DNA of 63,974 nucleotides, filler included, from Rhabdomonas costata (GCA_019059605.1; 54 parts of 54 records of this genome joined end to end with filler, not necessarily neighbours in it); one strand, 5' to 3'; numbered from the whole stretch's first letter, positions 36,287 through 49,403 are shown. Numbers and translations are program-made. The notes: a model not told the origin generated them from the sequence alone.

Positions 36287-37326
36287 GTATGGGCGGACGG
36301 GCTTGCGCTTCCTCTGCTATCCTAGTGAAGTTGTCGTAAAAAGAGCATCAGAGCATCAGAGACCCCAACGGAATTTTGGAGCCCTAGGGGTAGTGTTTTT
36401 ACGCTGGTGTCGTTAGCAGAAAAAAATAAAACTTCTTTGCAGTGATAGAAACAAGACAGCCACCCAAACCAAAGCAATTCTTTTGTGCTGTGCTTTAGAA
36501 CCATATGGTCTGTTTGTGGCGTTGCTGCACGTTGCTGCAGTAACGTTTACGGCGTGGATTGAAAAGAGGTGATTACAGAGCATCCTTCCACAGTGCAGCA
36601 TTCCACTGTTATGGGTTACCCATGTCAGTGGAATGCTGCACTGTGGAAGGATGCTCTGTAATCACCTCTTTTCAACCCACACANNNNNNNNNNNNNNNNN
36701 NNNNNNNNNNNNNNNNNNNNNNNNNNNTTAATTAATTAANNNNNNNNNNNNNNNNNNNNNNNNNNNNNNNNNNNNNNNNNNNNGGGGGTGGTGGGGGTTC
36801 GTTTTCAACTGTGAAACAAAACAGAAACACACAAGTGAAAACGAACCCCCACCACCACCATTCCAGAAGAAGGGGTGCAATTCCGCGAGCAACGGTTCAG
36901 ATGGGGGGAAAACTTTGTCACCCAAAAGAATCCTGCAAACTGCACGATCGGACGAGAAACTGGCCAACCCGCGTTGGCCTTTCATTTTTTTACTGGAAGG
37001 TTACGTGATGTGAGCTTTGGCTCAACATAGGCAGGGAAGGCCTTTTGCATCACAAAAACCCAGAAGTTTCACAGCTTTTCACAATTCTTTTGCAAATTTT
37101 GCAGGAGAAAATTCTTTCGGAGTTGTGCAATTATAAGTATGCTCTGGAGAAGATTTGACATTTTTCACATTTGTTTTGGATAAATTGCCGGTCCTGCGTG
37201 AGCCACTTCGCGCCCAAAGATCCGGTAAGTTGGGTCCCACGATACATTAGCACCCAACCTGCCCTTCAGCGCCTGCGAGAATCAAACGACTAAGGCAACT
37301 TCGAAAAAGTTGCTAAAACAACCTAC

Positions 37327-37602
37327 CTGCATCTGACGGACCTCCCACAACCATGACAGCGGCTCCCGGTCCAGGCCCATGTCCAGCCCCACGTCCATAC
37401 GGGCCACCCTCTCCAAGTACGCCGCGAGGGAACGCAGCGGCCGGGTGATGGCCAGGCTGAAGACCACCGCGGAGAGGATAGCAACACCCAGAATCCCCAG
37501 GGCGATGCACACCGAGGCAATGACCCCAGTGTGGAAGTTGCTTTCTGCGTTGTCGTTGGTCTCCTGCACCTGGTGCTGGACGGCGGCCAGCAAGGAAGAC
37601 AT
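37327..37602 (-). CDS. Transmembrane helix plus HAMP linker exon (receptor-type adenylate cyclase-like)
   Basis: Phase-0 exon: hydrophobic GVIASVCIALGILGVAILSAVVFSLA followed by ITRPLRSLAAYLERVARMD...S..WEVRQMQ (HAMP pattern). Confidence 0.8.
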
Positions 37603-39185
37603 CTACGGAAACAGGGGGAAAGATATCTCAGAGCTCAGTGCAATAACGGAGTCAGGAGCGACGACAACCTCACGCCACCAGAAATGATGTCGGTGAGGGA
37701 CTGAAAAAGTGAATGTGAACGAGAGCGGCAGCGGCTGCACTCGCTGGACTTGAGGTTTGAAAATTCCGCATTTGTTCGGGTTGGGATGGGGAAGTGTTTT
37801 ATCATTTCCTGTAAGCAAGGATAGACATACTCAGTGTTCACGTACCCACCACCCCAAACACACCCACCACNNNNNNNNNNNNNNNNNNNNNNNNNNNNNN
37901 NNNNNNNNNNNNNNTTAATTAATTAANNNNNNNNNNNNNNNNNNNNNNNNNNNNNNNNNNNNNNNNNNNNGAACCACGTGAGAAACAGTATTTATAGGCC
38001 GACTACTGGATAGACGCATTAGTGCGAAAGAGGTATTTCTTTAAGTTACCACTGCAGAGTTGTTGTTTGCTACTAAGTGGCACCATGCTAGATTCTGCAC
38101 TTTCTGGCTCATGAAAACTGTTCTTAGAATCTTCCGCATTTTTTTCCAATTATTTTACCACTTGTTTCACACTTGCATCCGTAGTGGCACTATAAAATTA
38201 CCTTTTGTACTATGAGGGAGTTGGTTCAGAGAAGAGTGCTGAAGATTCCAGTTGGAGAGTGTAAAAAAGTGTATTCTCCACCTAAGACCACCTAAGTGGC
38301 CCACTTTTTCAACAGTCGGACACTATACAGCGCAGTTGTTGTGCATAGAGCTCCATGAACTGTCTCTCTGATAATTTTGAGGAGACCATATAATCAGTTA
38401 TATAAGACACAAAGACCAGCAAACGCAGAGTGACACCAAAGGCAGTACAAATTTGCAAATTTGGTGAAGTGTCTTGTACTCAAACAATACCCACACACAC
38501 AGTGGAATGGATGCGATTTCGCTTCCTTCCAAACTTGACCTCGAAACTAATGCTTGCCTGTGGAAGTTTGGATTGATGGTAGAGACGTAGAAACGTGTCC
38601 TATAAAACGATTGAATTCTTTGTGTATTTCTACTAGACTGTGAATTTTGTACATCATTAACACGTCAGTACATGATGGTGAATTCCAAATGTTATATACT
38701 GTTAGCAATCAAACATTTTCTGTCAACAAATCTTCTTTAATGTTGCTACCACGGTACTGTTCTACTGACAAATGCTATATACGTGCTACCAAATTCAATG
38801 ATTTTAATATATTTGCTAACCACTGATAATAAATCATACTCATTGTTTTGCTTAACATCTGTCAACGCCATAGTATATATTGCCATTACTGATTGGCATC
38901 AGTAGTCTTGTCGAAAGAGCTAAACATCAAACCACTGCCTAAGACCACACCCGGTGGCACGACATTTTCTTTCTTGTAAATTGAGCTTTAGCGTACTTTT
39001 TCTATTGCTCATGCGCCGTTTTTCATAAGAACCAACTAACTAACTACACAAAAAACCNNNNNNNNNNNNNNNNNNNNNNNNNNNNNNNNNNNNNNNNNNN
39101 NTTAATTAATTAANNNNNNNNNNNNNNNNNNNNNNNNNNNNNNNNNNNNNNNNNNNNGGTGTGTTGGGGGTGGGGGTGCACGCAC

Positions 39186-40227
39186 CTCCAGGTACCGGGC
39201 CTGCTCGACCTGCCCAAAGCTGTCATTGAAGTTGGAGACGTACTGCGCCTTGGGCTGACGCTTGCCATTCCATGTCGAGGGTAGGCTGGCGGAGTTCACC
39301 ACGAGGCCCCAGATCAGCCACACTTTTACCGGATTGGCCGGGTACACGAACTGCGAGTCGCCCCACCGCTGCGCCACTTCTGGGGCACAACAAGAAAAAA
39401 ATATATGCACAGGTTTTTCGTTCAAAAAAAACTGTCCACCCATTACAAACCTGCAATTTTCAAAAAGGCCCCCCGCTAGCCGAGCTGCAGTTTTTGGCAG
39501 GGGCATAAGACTTTGACGTTAATTTTTGGGGGGATATACCAGGTTCAGAGCGGGCAATTTTGGTCATCCTTGAGGACATTGGTAGATATGCGACTCGCTC
39601 CCAACACTTCCCCATGGGGACAAAGAAGCAATTTTGGTCGGAAACCAAACAAAAGCCTCGTTTTGAAAACGTGAAACAGTCAAATCGAAGCACAAGGTGA
39701 AAGGGATTCACCATGCAACACCACTTGCACACGCATCGTAACCCAAATACCACACATCCCAACCACACATCCCCACCCTTGGTGCGCTTGGCCAGGGTGA
39801 GTTTTTTCGGGAAGGACTCCAGGTCCCCTTTCCCCCATGACCATGGGATAACCGCAACCCTTCATGAAGGGTTGCGGTTACCCCATGTGACCCTTGACCC
39901 ACAGTGTACACACGCGAACCCTGATCGGATCGGTGCGTTTAGAGATCTCTTTGTGGGTCCCTTGGGCCAGACACACGTATAACCACCAACACATGTAACC
40001 AAAGTAAACAAAAGGAGGGTTTCTCCTCCCCCCCTCCCCCCGCCGGAATTCCAGATGCCTAGCTCGTTGCTGTAGGGCAGGACGTTCGCCCGGGTCTCGT
40101 TGCTGCGGGAGAGGATCCCCATCCCAATGAAGCTCAGCGCGGAGATCACGGTGAACATGAACAGCACAGGGGCACGGCGCAGGAAGGCGTGCTTGTTCCA
40201 CCGGAACAGCAGCCTCGCGGAGATGTC
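39186..40227 (-). CDS. Dispatched/Patched-like RND membrane protein, two exons
   Basis: Exons 40227-40044 (TM helix VLFMFTVISALSFIGMGIL) and 39379-39186 (PVKVWLIWGL...YVSNFN...EQARYLE), resembling the second luminal loop of Dispatched-like proteins (VxxxWG...F...Q). Requires a GC donor. Confidence 0.55.
39842..39961. repeat. 46-bp palindrome plus copy 1 of a dispersed repeat of about 95 bp
   Basis: Palindrome 39842-39887 with one mismatch; 39878-39893 and 39935-39957 are exact reverse complements of 57345-57360 and 57281-57303. Confidence 0.85.
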
Positions 40228-40351
40228 CTGACCCCCACCCCCACNNNNNNNNNNNNNNNNNNNNNNNNNNNNNNNNNNNNNNNNNNNNTTAATTAATTAA
40301 NNNNNNNNNNNNNNNNNNNNNNNNNNNNNNNNNNNNNNNNNNNNGTGTTGG

Positions 40352-40507
40352 GTGTTTGGCGGGAAGACCCATACCCTCACCATTCGGAGAGTGCTGTGGG
40401 TGGACATCCGGGACATGGAGGAGTCCAGCCTGTGGCCCCACCTGAAGGCCATGACGGAGCGCGGGGTGGAAATCACTCACGTCCTAAGCACGGACGCTGC
40501 GCTTGAG
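40352..40507 (+). CDS. Exon of a receiver-like Rossmannoid domain protein
   Basis: RRVLWVDIRDMEESSLWPHLKAMTERGVEITHVLSTDAALE, strongly GC3-biased; LWVD...G(V/I)...ST..AL pattern; donor GAG|GTCCTT. Confidence 0.5.
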
Positions 40508-40677
40508 GTCCTTTGCGTGAGACCCACGGACTGTTACGGTTTGGTTGGTGCGGACGGAAAGTCTTTTTTCTAGTGCCACTAAAAAAATCTGTTGGCACTC
40601 GGAAAAGTTGACTTGGGGGGCCTATCTTGAACTAATTCTTGATGTTGCACAATCACACCCACAGCGGTCAAATACAC

Positions 40678-41431
40678 CGTTTCCAATATGTTCTGCAAGC
40701 TTGGCAAGATAGAGCCACCTGTATACAAGGACAATCGTCCTGCAGCACTGGATTGAAACTTGTCAAACTATGTGGTCGAAAAAACACGCTGAGATAAAGT
40801 GAAAGCATGAAACGAACCTTCTTGAGCCATCTTAACACTGCCATGAAAACAGAAAGAATGCAGAAAAACTGACGAAAATTCGGCAAGCAACGGACAAGCA
40901 AAAAAAGACCGGGGGAGGGGGGAACCTTTCTCCTGATAGTGGACCGGTTTAAGATCCAGATCCGTGAGCGCTTTCTTCGGCAACTGCTTCATCATCTTTG
41001 CCTCAAAGTCGCCCAGCGTCAGCCCTTCCCCCGCAAAGGTTATGACATCAAGGGCCTTTCGGAACGGATCGGATTTCTCGAAGCAGCACACGAAGCCGTG
41101 GAGGATGTCCATGCACCCCTTCCAGTACACTGCCTGTTGCTCGTGGCATACCTCCACCACAATAGCTCTGAGGGAGTTAAGGTCATGGCCATCCATGGTT
41201 GCATCGGTACTGTCTGCTCTTTTTTTGTCCATCTCCGCACAATGCAAGTAGCGGCGGAGGTCGCGGTGAAGCTTCTTCGTGAGCTTCAACTTCCACTCCG
41301 GCTCCGGCTCCGGAAGGGTCTTCCCGTTCTCTTCATTACAGAAGTCGGGCAGGAACTCCATGGCGCATGCATCAATCACAAACTCGCAGGGCTCCTTGAT
41401 CTTTTCCTCCTTACACTTCTTCCCAAAAAAC
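40678..41431 (-). CDS. Spliced gene fragment, unknown protein
   Basis: Long open exon from contig end to 40926 (GC3-rich), phase-1 donor GTTCCC, putative next exon 40739-40678 (GRLSLYTGGSILPSLQNILET). Confidence 0.6.
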
Positions 41432-41531
41432 NNNNNNNNNNNNNNNNNNNNNNNNNNNNNNNNNNNNNNNNNNNNTTAATTAATTAANNNNNNNNNNNNN
41501 NNNNNNNNNNNNNNNNNNNNNNNNNNNNNNN

Positions 41532-41900
41532 ATCATCGAAGTCACCGTGGCCTGGTTTGAGGTTGTCCGACTCAGGATCAGAGTCTCCGGCCAACTGCAG
41601 ATATCCTCCCTCTTTTTCCTCATCTGCTACTTCACTCCCCTCAGCCTCTTCAGCCTCGGGCAGGGAGTCTGTTTCCTTCGGAGAGGCAGCAGCAGCAGCG
41701 TCAGAGTGAGAAAACGGTGCTTCCAAAGGGCTGTGTTGCGGCGAGTGCAAAAAGGCGGGGTGCACGGGTCCAAACGTTGGCACATCCTCTTCGAAGGCAG
41801 AAGAACCAACTGGAGCAGCAGCAGTCGGACGGGATGAAGCGCTGCTGTCTTCGGCCTCCCCCTCTCCCTCAGGTTGCTGCTGCTCGTCTTCGACAGGACT
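41532..41900 (-). CDS. Acidic low-complexity coding segment
   Basis: Open frame PVEDEQQQPEGEGEAEDSS...EAEEAEGSEVADEEKE to contig end. Confidence 0.45.
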
Positions 41901-43915
41901 GGCCAAGAGAGGAAGACAGGTGGACATCACAGGGCGGTCGACGGGCGCGGAGGAGCGCTTGCCTTCACCGGCGGGCTCGGGACCATCCCTGGGATGCGCT
42001 CTCGTGGCGCCACAAAGCGTTTTGCCTTTGCCTGAAGAAAACGCGTCAAACGTTGGAAATACCAACAGACCAAGGAGAAGCGGAAAGGGGAAGAGGTGGG
42101 CAGTAAAAGAAAGAACCGCTTTCCGCACTTCGTGTGTGGAGAGGGAGAGAGACGAAGAGCAACCAATAAAGGAAAAGGGTATCACAGATCACCAAAACCA
42201 CAGGGTGGGAGTAGCAAGACACCTTCATATTGCTCCACTCTTCTCTCAAGCTCTTCGTGGCTATCAATCAGTTTCCTGAAACGACAAAGAAGCGATAAAG
42301 GTGAGCCTCTTTTGCAAATTCCGCAGGTTGCACTTTTCCCAGCCCTGTCTTTCATTGAAAAAAGTCTTAGGCTTACGATATGTGCTTTAGACGGCTTAGC
42401 GGAGATTTAGCCCGGTGACATACAATATAAACGCACCGAATCGAAGCAAACAGATCGTCGAAGTTGACAACGGCGTCGTAATCTCCTTGCGAGTTTTTCT
42501 TCAAGCTCTCCACCTACAATGCAAGCAGAGGGACGAAAAAAGCAACAGGGGGAAAATGCCCAAGTGAAAAAGAAAAGTGCAACCCAATCCAAAGCGAAAT
42601 TTTGATGCGAGCAGGGTGNNNNNNNNNNNNNNNNNNNNNNNNNNNNNNNNNNNNNNNNNNNNTTAATTAATTAANNNNNNNNNNNNNNNNNNNNNNNNNN
42701 NNNNNNNNNNNNNNNNNNGGTGGGTGTGGCGTGAAGAGATATTCGCGCTCTTTCTAACGCTTCCACTGTTGGACGAAATACCGTGCCGTGAAATACTCCG
42801 CGAAGTTCAGGTGGATGAAATGGTAATCTCGGCCATAACAGGAGGGCAAACCCTAGCTCTAGGCGTATGGAGTGGATCGGGTTGGGCAGGAAGAATAACA
42901 GCTCCGCCAGAACTGATGTAACGCGGAATGCCTAGCTTGAAAACAAAGGCGAGAAGAGTCCACGGAGCGAGGTTGAATGGCTGTGAAAGGGATTGAACAA
43001 TGTGCGCGGCCCGGAAACGCTGGTTCAAGTAGAAGAGACGGATAAGATGGATAACTTGAACTGAATGTCTACTCTAGAGCGGACCACAAGCTACCCAATC
43101 GTACATCCGAGCCTGCACGGACAAGTAGGCAGACCTGCAGCCGTCTTGAAACCGCCATGCATTTTGTGCTGCTGTGCGTCCCCAGTGCTGTTCAAGGATG
43201 GTGCCTACAGGCAGGTGGACACCGGACTTTCTTCTGCTGCCTGACACTCGCCCCCAGACGGCCTTGGTTCCTGCGTCCCCAACAACACTCCCACCGTTCT
43301 CGCGAATCATCTCAGCACATCCGAGGCAACTCGCCGTAAATGACGACGTCTCGTAGTGTATTATTCGGACCGTTTTCAGCAATTATTCTAGAGAAAATAG
43401 ACAACGCCCGAAGCAGAGGCAGGGTTGAGAGACGGCAAGCTCAAGTACCACTCACTTTCCCCATCCCTGTTGTCTGTTGGCGGGCCGGCTTGGAAAGTTT
43501 GGGCAGCCTGAGACACAGGACGAGATGATTCAGTTAGGAAGGGAGCTCCTCTGGAGTCGAGAACAAACATTCTTATCGTTATTGGGTTTCTGCGCCATGT
43601 GGTGTTGGTGGCGCCCTCGGCCCCCCACTCGTTTCCTTCCTCCCTGCATCATACCTTACCGACTCGGACGACTTGACCACCCCAGCCTGCTATGCTGCTG
43701 CTACCTGTATCGGTATAGAGCTTTACCCCTGCCGGCTGACCAACATTCACGGTACCGGCTTGTGGCTCGCAACTATAACCATCTCCAACACTACCCCCCC
43801 CACANNNNNNNNNNNNNNNNNNNNNNNNNNNNNNNNNNNNNNNNNNNNTTAATTAATTAANNNNNNNNNNNNNNNNNNNNNNNNNNNNNNNNNNNNNNNN
43901 NNNNGGGTTGGTTTC

Positions 43916-43957
<42 letters not shown>

Positions 43958-43958
<1 letters not shown>

Positions 43959-44598
43959 TGCTCGGCGTAGAAGCTGGACAAGAACCACTGGGCCTCTTCG
44001 GGGCTCCCAAACCACGGCACCGTGGGAGCTGGGCTGCACGGCACTTCCAGGTCGCCCACCACAAGCCCCAGAAGCTTCTCTCCACGCCGCCGGCTGACGG
44101 CGCGGTGGGCTAGCTTCCGCAACAGCTGAAGCTTCCACTTCACGGGCTGTGTGTGACAGAACCGTCGGAGGAACCGAGAATGCGAATGCGCAGGTTCAAT
44201 GCACAGGCGTCCACAAGGGAGAAATATGTGATCTTTGGTCGTGGTGCTGGGTTTTGGTGACACTAGGGAAAGCGGTCTGGCTCCGATGCCAGGGCATCCA
44301 CATCGAAATGGAAGTCACCCAGAGAAGAGGGGAAAGAGCTGAGCGCAGTGAATGGTTCTGGTTCTACCCCCCCCCCAGATGTTTGGAAGCGCGCAGAGGA
44401 GGCAAGCTGCTACTAGATGAACGACAAAAAAAAAGGAAAACTTCTGCATACACATGAGACTTGTGATAAAGAGCTACACAAACCTTCAGCGGGGGCCTGC
44501 GGTGGTCGCTGGGGCAGGGTGGCAGGTCGGCGGCCAGGGAGACCAACGGGGTCTCGTCCAGGCCCACGGCCTGAGCCCGCTCCGCCGCGGTGAGGTAC
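43958..44598 (-). CDS. Two spliced exons, unknown protein
   Basis: Exons 44598-44484 and 44146 to about 43958 join at phase 0 (…RRPPLK/PVKWKLQLLRK…). Confidence 0.5.
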
Positions 44599-44808
44599 CT
44601 TCCAAAAGCATGAATCCAAATCAAAATCCAGCATCGAGCAGAGACGATCTAGCGAGAGAGCCAGAGAGAGAGAGAAAGAGAGAAACAGCGACGAAACAGA
44701 TGCAAAGTAAGAAGCACGTCTCTCAGTCATCGTCAAAGTCATATAAGGGGCCAGACTCCCTCTGTAGGGGACCAACACAACAAAACAAATCCCAGTTCTT
44801 GGAAGAGA

Positions 44809-44856
<48 letters not shown>

Positions 44857-45645
44857 GCGGATGCTGACGTACACACCGCCCGGTACCATCTCATGTCAGC
44901 GTGAGAGGCGAAATACGATACAGAGAGAAAAAAATACTCACGCCATGCGTGCATCTGGCATTGTCGCTGAGAGAGGTCTTTCCACCACCCCCCNNNNNNN
45001 NNNNNNNNNNNNNNNNNNNNNNNNNNNNNNNNNNNNNTTAATTAATTAANNNNNNNNNNNNNNNNNNNNNNNNNNNNNNNNNNNNNNNNNNNNGTTGGTT
45101 GGTAGCCAAACTCGCAGGTTTGGGCCTACAATTGGTGGGATGATAGCGTTCCAGATTTGAGTTTGTTGGCAGCTTCCCAGCCTCTGGCTGCATGTCTGCA
45201 CATCCATATGGGCCTTTTTGAGGGCTTTATCGACCTTCCAAGGGCCTGAGGGGAGCAGTTTTGGGTGAGCACTTTGCAGGCCTCCATATTGAGCCAAGAT
45301 TTTGGCCGGGACTGCTCAGAATAAATCTAATAGTGGTGCCCAGGATTGCTTCATGCTGGCCCCGGAGTAGGTCATTTCCATTTTTCTTTCAAGGCCAACT
45401 GGTAATGTTGCCGAAGGGTCGGAGAATATTTAACCCGCTTAACTTTCCAGTGAACCTGCCCTCCTCGTCGCGCGAAACCCAAGAATATCATTCACATCGA
45501 GCGACTTGGCCTGTTGCAGATGTGCTCCCTTTGTTTGATTTAGAGCCTGTAAGGAAAGGGGGAGAAGGCTCCGCTATTCCCATGTTTTGTTACGATTTCT
45601 ATTAACTTCCCACGATCTGCTCCGTTCGTGATGACCGAGACAAAC

Positions 45646-45794
45646 CAGCAGGACCAGTCCGCCGCCAGAATCCGTATTCAGGACCATCTGCATTGCCATG
45701 CCGTGAACCTCGTGCAGCATTACCGTCTTCCCAGAGCCCTCCACGCCGCGCAGCAGTACCAAAACGGCGTTCATGGGGTCCGAGTCCTTCGGGC
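45646..45794 (-). CDS. P-loop NTPase exon (possibly STAND-like)
   Basis: VLVLLRGVEGSGKTVMLHEV: Walker A preceded by a hydrophobic strand; flanked by ctctcag and GTTTGT. Confidence 0.65.
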
Positions 45795-46389
45795 CTGAGA
45801 GGACGAAAAGTTTTCCACGCCGGCGGGCACGACCCTTACAAAGCGGTAGCGCAGGGAGCCCTCACCGGAAGCGATGGTGCGGCCACAGGCAGGGTTTGTT
45901 CAGAGCACTCACGTATCAACCCCGACACATCTGACAGCATTAAGCTTGACAGGCCCAAAGAAAAGCTTACTAGTTTGGTTGCAAGGGGTAGGAGGCAATA
46001 CACGTACGGTGGAGTCAGGGGGACCCCCACCGCAACTACATAGGATTAGGAAGACGTTGCCGCAAATATAACGCTGGTCATCGTAAAAATGGTATCATCT
46101 TACATCTTACAAGGACGGCCACAGGCCGCTTGAGCTCCAGCACTCCGCGACACTGCGAATGAGAAAATGAAGCAAAAGTANNNNNNNNNNNNNNNNNNNN
46201 NNNNNNNNNNNNNNNNNNNNNNNNTTAATTAATTAANNNNNNNNNNNNNNNNNNNNNNNNNNNNNNNNNNNNNNNNNNNNGTTTTTGGGTAGAGACGATT
46301 ATGATGGGGTGACGGGACGAGACATCTCTGGGTATACTGCATTCCTTTGTATTGCCTCTACCTGCTAGTCTTTGAACTCTGCACCGCAG

Positions 46390-46995
46390 GTTCTGGGCCC
46401 TCTGGTGCCGCAAGCGCAGCTACTGCAGCAGATCGGTGAGCGGAGCAGCGTTTCCATCATTGTCGGTGTGTATTTGTTGTGTGTGTGTGTGTGTGTGTGC
46501 GTGCATGGCAGGGCTTTGTTTGGGAGGGCTTCTTTTTTATAGGACAACTCAGGGGACACGGTGAGTATTTCTGTGCATCTGTGCATGGGGAAGTGCGGTG
46601 ATTTTAGGGATGCTGGAGCGTTTTCAAGGAAAAGCCCACACAAAAGATACCAAAGCAGATCGGCTGGCCTTGCCGAATCCCTACCACGGGCGCAAAGTTT
46701 GGGTGCGAAATTCATGAATTCAAAATGATGAGTTTTTTTTCGCTGGGCGCGGTGCGGATCGTTCGTCGAACTGATGACATCAGATCGATTCTTTGGGTGT
46801 GGGTTCGAATACTTGCCCCCGTCCCTCACCTCCCGCGCAATCCTCCAAACCGCTTAGATGAAGCCGTGCGAGACAGCGGGCCGCACGACGCGCTGTTTTT
46901 GATGGACGTGATCCACAGTTCACGGTGGGGAGGGCGTCCCGTGAGGCTCTTCCAGCTTGTCCCAGAGGCACTGACCAGCACCCCGGACTACGATG
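46390..46995 (+). CDS. Divergent class III nucleotide cyclase C-terminal region, two exons
   Basis: Exons 46390-46465 and 46858-46995 (phase 1): VLGPLVPQAQLLQQI...SIIV-D-EAV...LMDVI...PVRLFQL; follows the cyclase VxGxxVNxAxxL...IxVxExV...VxxYxL layout but lacks the catalytic N and R. Confidence 0.5.
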
Positions 46996-49403
46996 GTAAT
47001 TTTGTCAGCCCCTTGGGGTCTTTGAGTCTTGCTCACCGAGTCGCTGAGTGGGTTTTCTGAAACGCCGTGAATTTCTGTTTTGCTTTGGTTAGCTGCCTTC
47101 TTAGCTGAAATCTTTATTGCAAGGGTAAACGTGGTACAGGTGTTTGTTTTAGGGCGGTTTTGCTGAAGGTGATTCTTCTGCATCCAACTTTGCTCCGCGA
47201 TGTCTCCCTTGTTCCACTTGCCTCTGATTCAGGTTATTGTGGAGTGCATACGAGTTATCGCAGATGGCATCCCACCATCCCTTTCGCTGTATCCCCTGTA
47301 CACACAGAGCCAGCGCGCAATGCGCCCAACACACACACACACACACAAACCAAACGCTCTGAGTTCTNNNNNNNNNNNNNNNNNNNNNNNNNNNNNNNNN
47401 NNNNNNNNNNNTTAATTAATTAANNNNNNNNNNNNNNNNNNNNNNNNNNNNNNNNNNNNNNNNNNNNGGTTTGTGGTGAAGGTTTGGTCTCGCTGCATTG
47501 CAGGACTGCCTGGGTCCGGAGCATTGGGGAGATCGGCACCCCCCCTGGTGAGCCCCCATTCAAAGTCTCCGCCTCTTTGGAGCGTCAGTACAGCTCAGAG
47601 TGCGAGTCTTGCACACCCTCCTCCTGCAAGGCTCCTATCGGGGTATGTGGCTATTCGCAGCTGAACTTGAATGCGTTTGAAAATACCGTCTCATCGTCAA
47701 TTTCCTGGCTGATTTCGAGATCATCTGGACCCTGATCTTTAGTAATCGGTCGAAATTTGGTTGCTGGGTTGCTGGTTGAAATATATTTGTGCATCTCTTC
47801 CCCTCAAGGGTCATGTTGGGACCAGATCTGCCCAGATTCTGGGATTCTTGGATACGGGGTGGCATTGAATAGTTCTGCCTTTTTTGTTGCCTTATTCTTT
47901 TTGCATGTTTGAGCATGCTTGTTTTGCCGAATATGACCGCTCTTTGAGTCCTCCTCGAGACTGTACGCGCGAGTAAGGGGAGATGCAGGAAAGAATTTCT
48001 GAGGGACGACTGTGGCTTGAGTCCAAAAGGGGCTCCGGGTAATGAGTCTACAAAAATGCGGAATTATCAGCCATCCTTTTAGAATTTCCTTTACTTAAAA
48101 AGAGTAGGACTACTGACTGCTTGAAAGGTGGTAACCTTTCTCCCCGTCTCACTGTGAGGTCTTCACTTTTCACACAGAGTCGTGCAGTGCTGTAGGGGTA
48201 GCCTGGCGATCTCCGCTTATTGCCCGATAAGTTCCCCGTTTACTGCATACGTGTGACACGAGGGGGCATAGATTCCACAGCTGCTTCTGGGGCGGTGTTC
48301 CCACCGATGCACCGATGGGCTTAGTGTCGGTTGGAGGCCTCGACTCGGAGGGTCGTCTGCGGCTTTATTGTGTATCCGGAATGCGTTGGCTGGTTCGTGG
48401 TTGTGTTTGAATCCTTCTTCTTTGTTTCTGTGCTCAACGTTTGTACGAGCTCCCAAGCCATCGCTTTCTCGACAACTCTTGGCCTCCCCCGCCCCCCGCT
48501 AACTTTTTTTTCGGTATTTAACTCTACCGCCAACCAACACGAGACCCCCAAAANNNNNNNNNNNNNNNNNNNNNNNNNNNNNNNNNNNNNNNNNNNNTTA
48601 ATTAATTAANNNNNNNNNNNNNNNNNNNNNNNNNNNNNNNNNNNNNNNNNNNNGGGGGTTGTGTCCCATACCACACCAACATCCAAATAAGGAGGGAGTG
48701 GGTTGCACGAGGCACCGCTCGCCTACCGCTCGCACAGCTGATGACTTCAGTAAAATCCAATATCAGTTTCAACCTTTGCTCGAAGATGCTCACCGCTGTG
48801 CCCGTGTCACCGGCTCTTCAGTGATGCACAGGTGGGGAGGGGGGCGTACGAGGGTCGCCAAATAAAAAGGTTCCTCGTGGGTCAAAGCTGGGACAAAAAC
48901 TATGCACATAGCGTGGACCTATCTCAACAGTGACTTTCCGGGGAATAATGGGACAACACTGACGACCTAGATGCTATTTTGTGTGCAAAATATTTTGTGA
49001 CGTATTTTGGCGTATTTGGGGCTATTCTTTTTTAACCTAATTTTGGTTAATGGTGGGTATTTTATTGTCGTTTTAGGTCATATTTGACTCTTATGGGGGG
49101 AGCGAACTGAAGACAAGCGAGCAAGGGAAGGTCATGGTGCAATTAGGAATTTCAGGGGGAGGATTGTGTCTCAAGGTCCAAAAAAGGAGCCCAAGGAGTG
49201 CCAGAAAGTTTTGGTATTATTTGCCCCACCCCTTTTTTTCCACAAATTTCATGGAAGGCCCTGGAATTTGTATTCGCCAGGTCTTCACTTTTAAGAAACT
49301 CTCTCACAATGCGACGCAACGACTGATGATTTCCAGGAAAACACTTCCATTTTTCTTAGAGGAGGATCCATTTTTCGCTCGCAAAGTTCTGGGACTTTCT
49401 CAG

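Noticed and set aside
36559-36675. Perfect 50-bp-arm hairpin (pre-miRNA-like)
   Set aside because: Runs directly into the contig-end tail; most likely a fold-back artefact.
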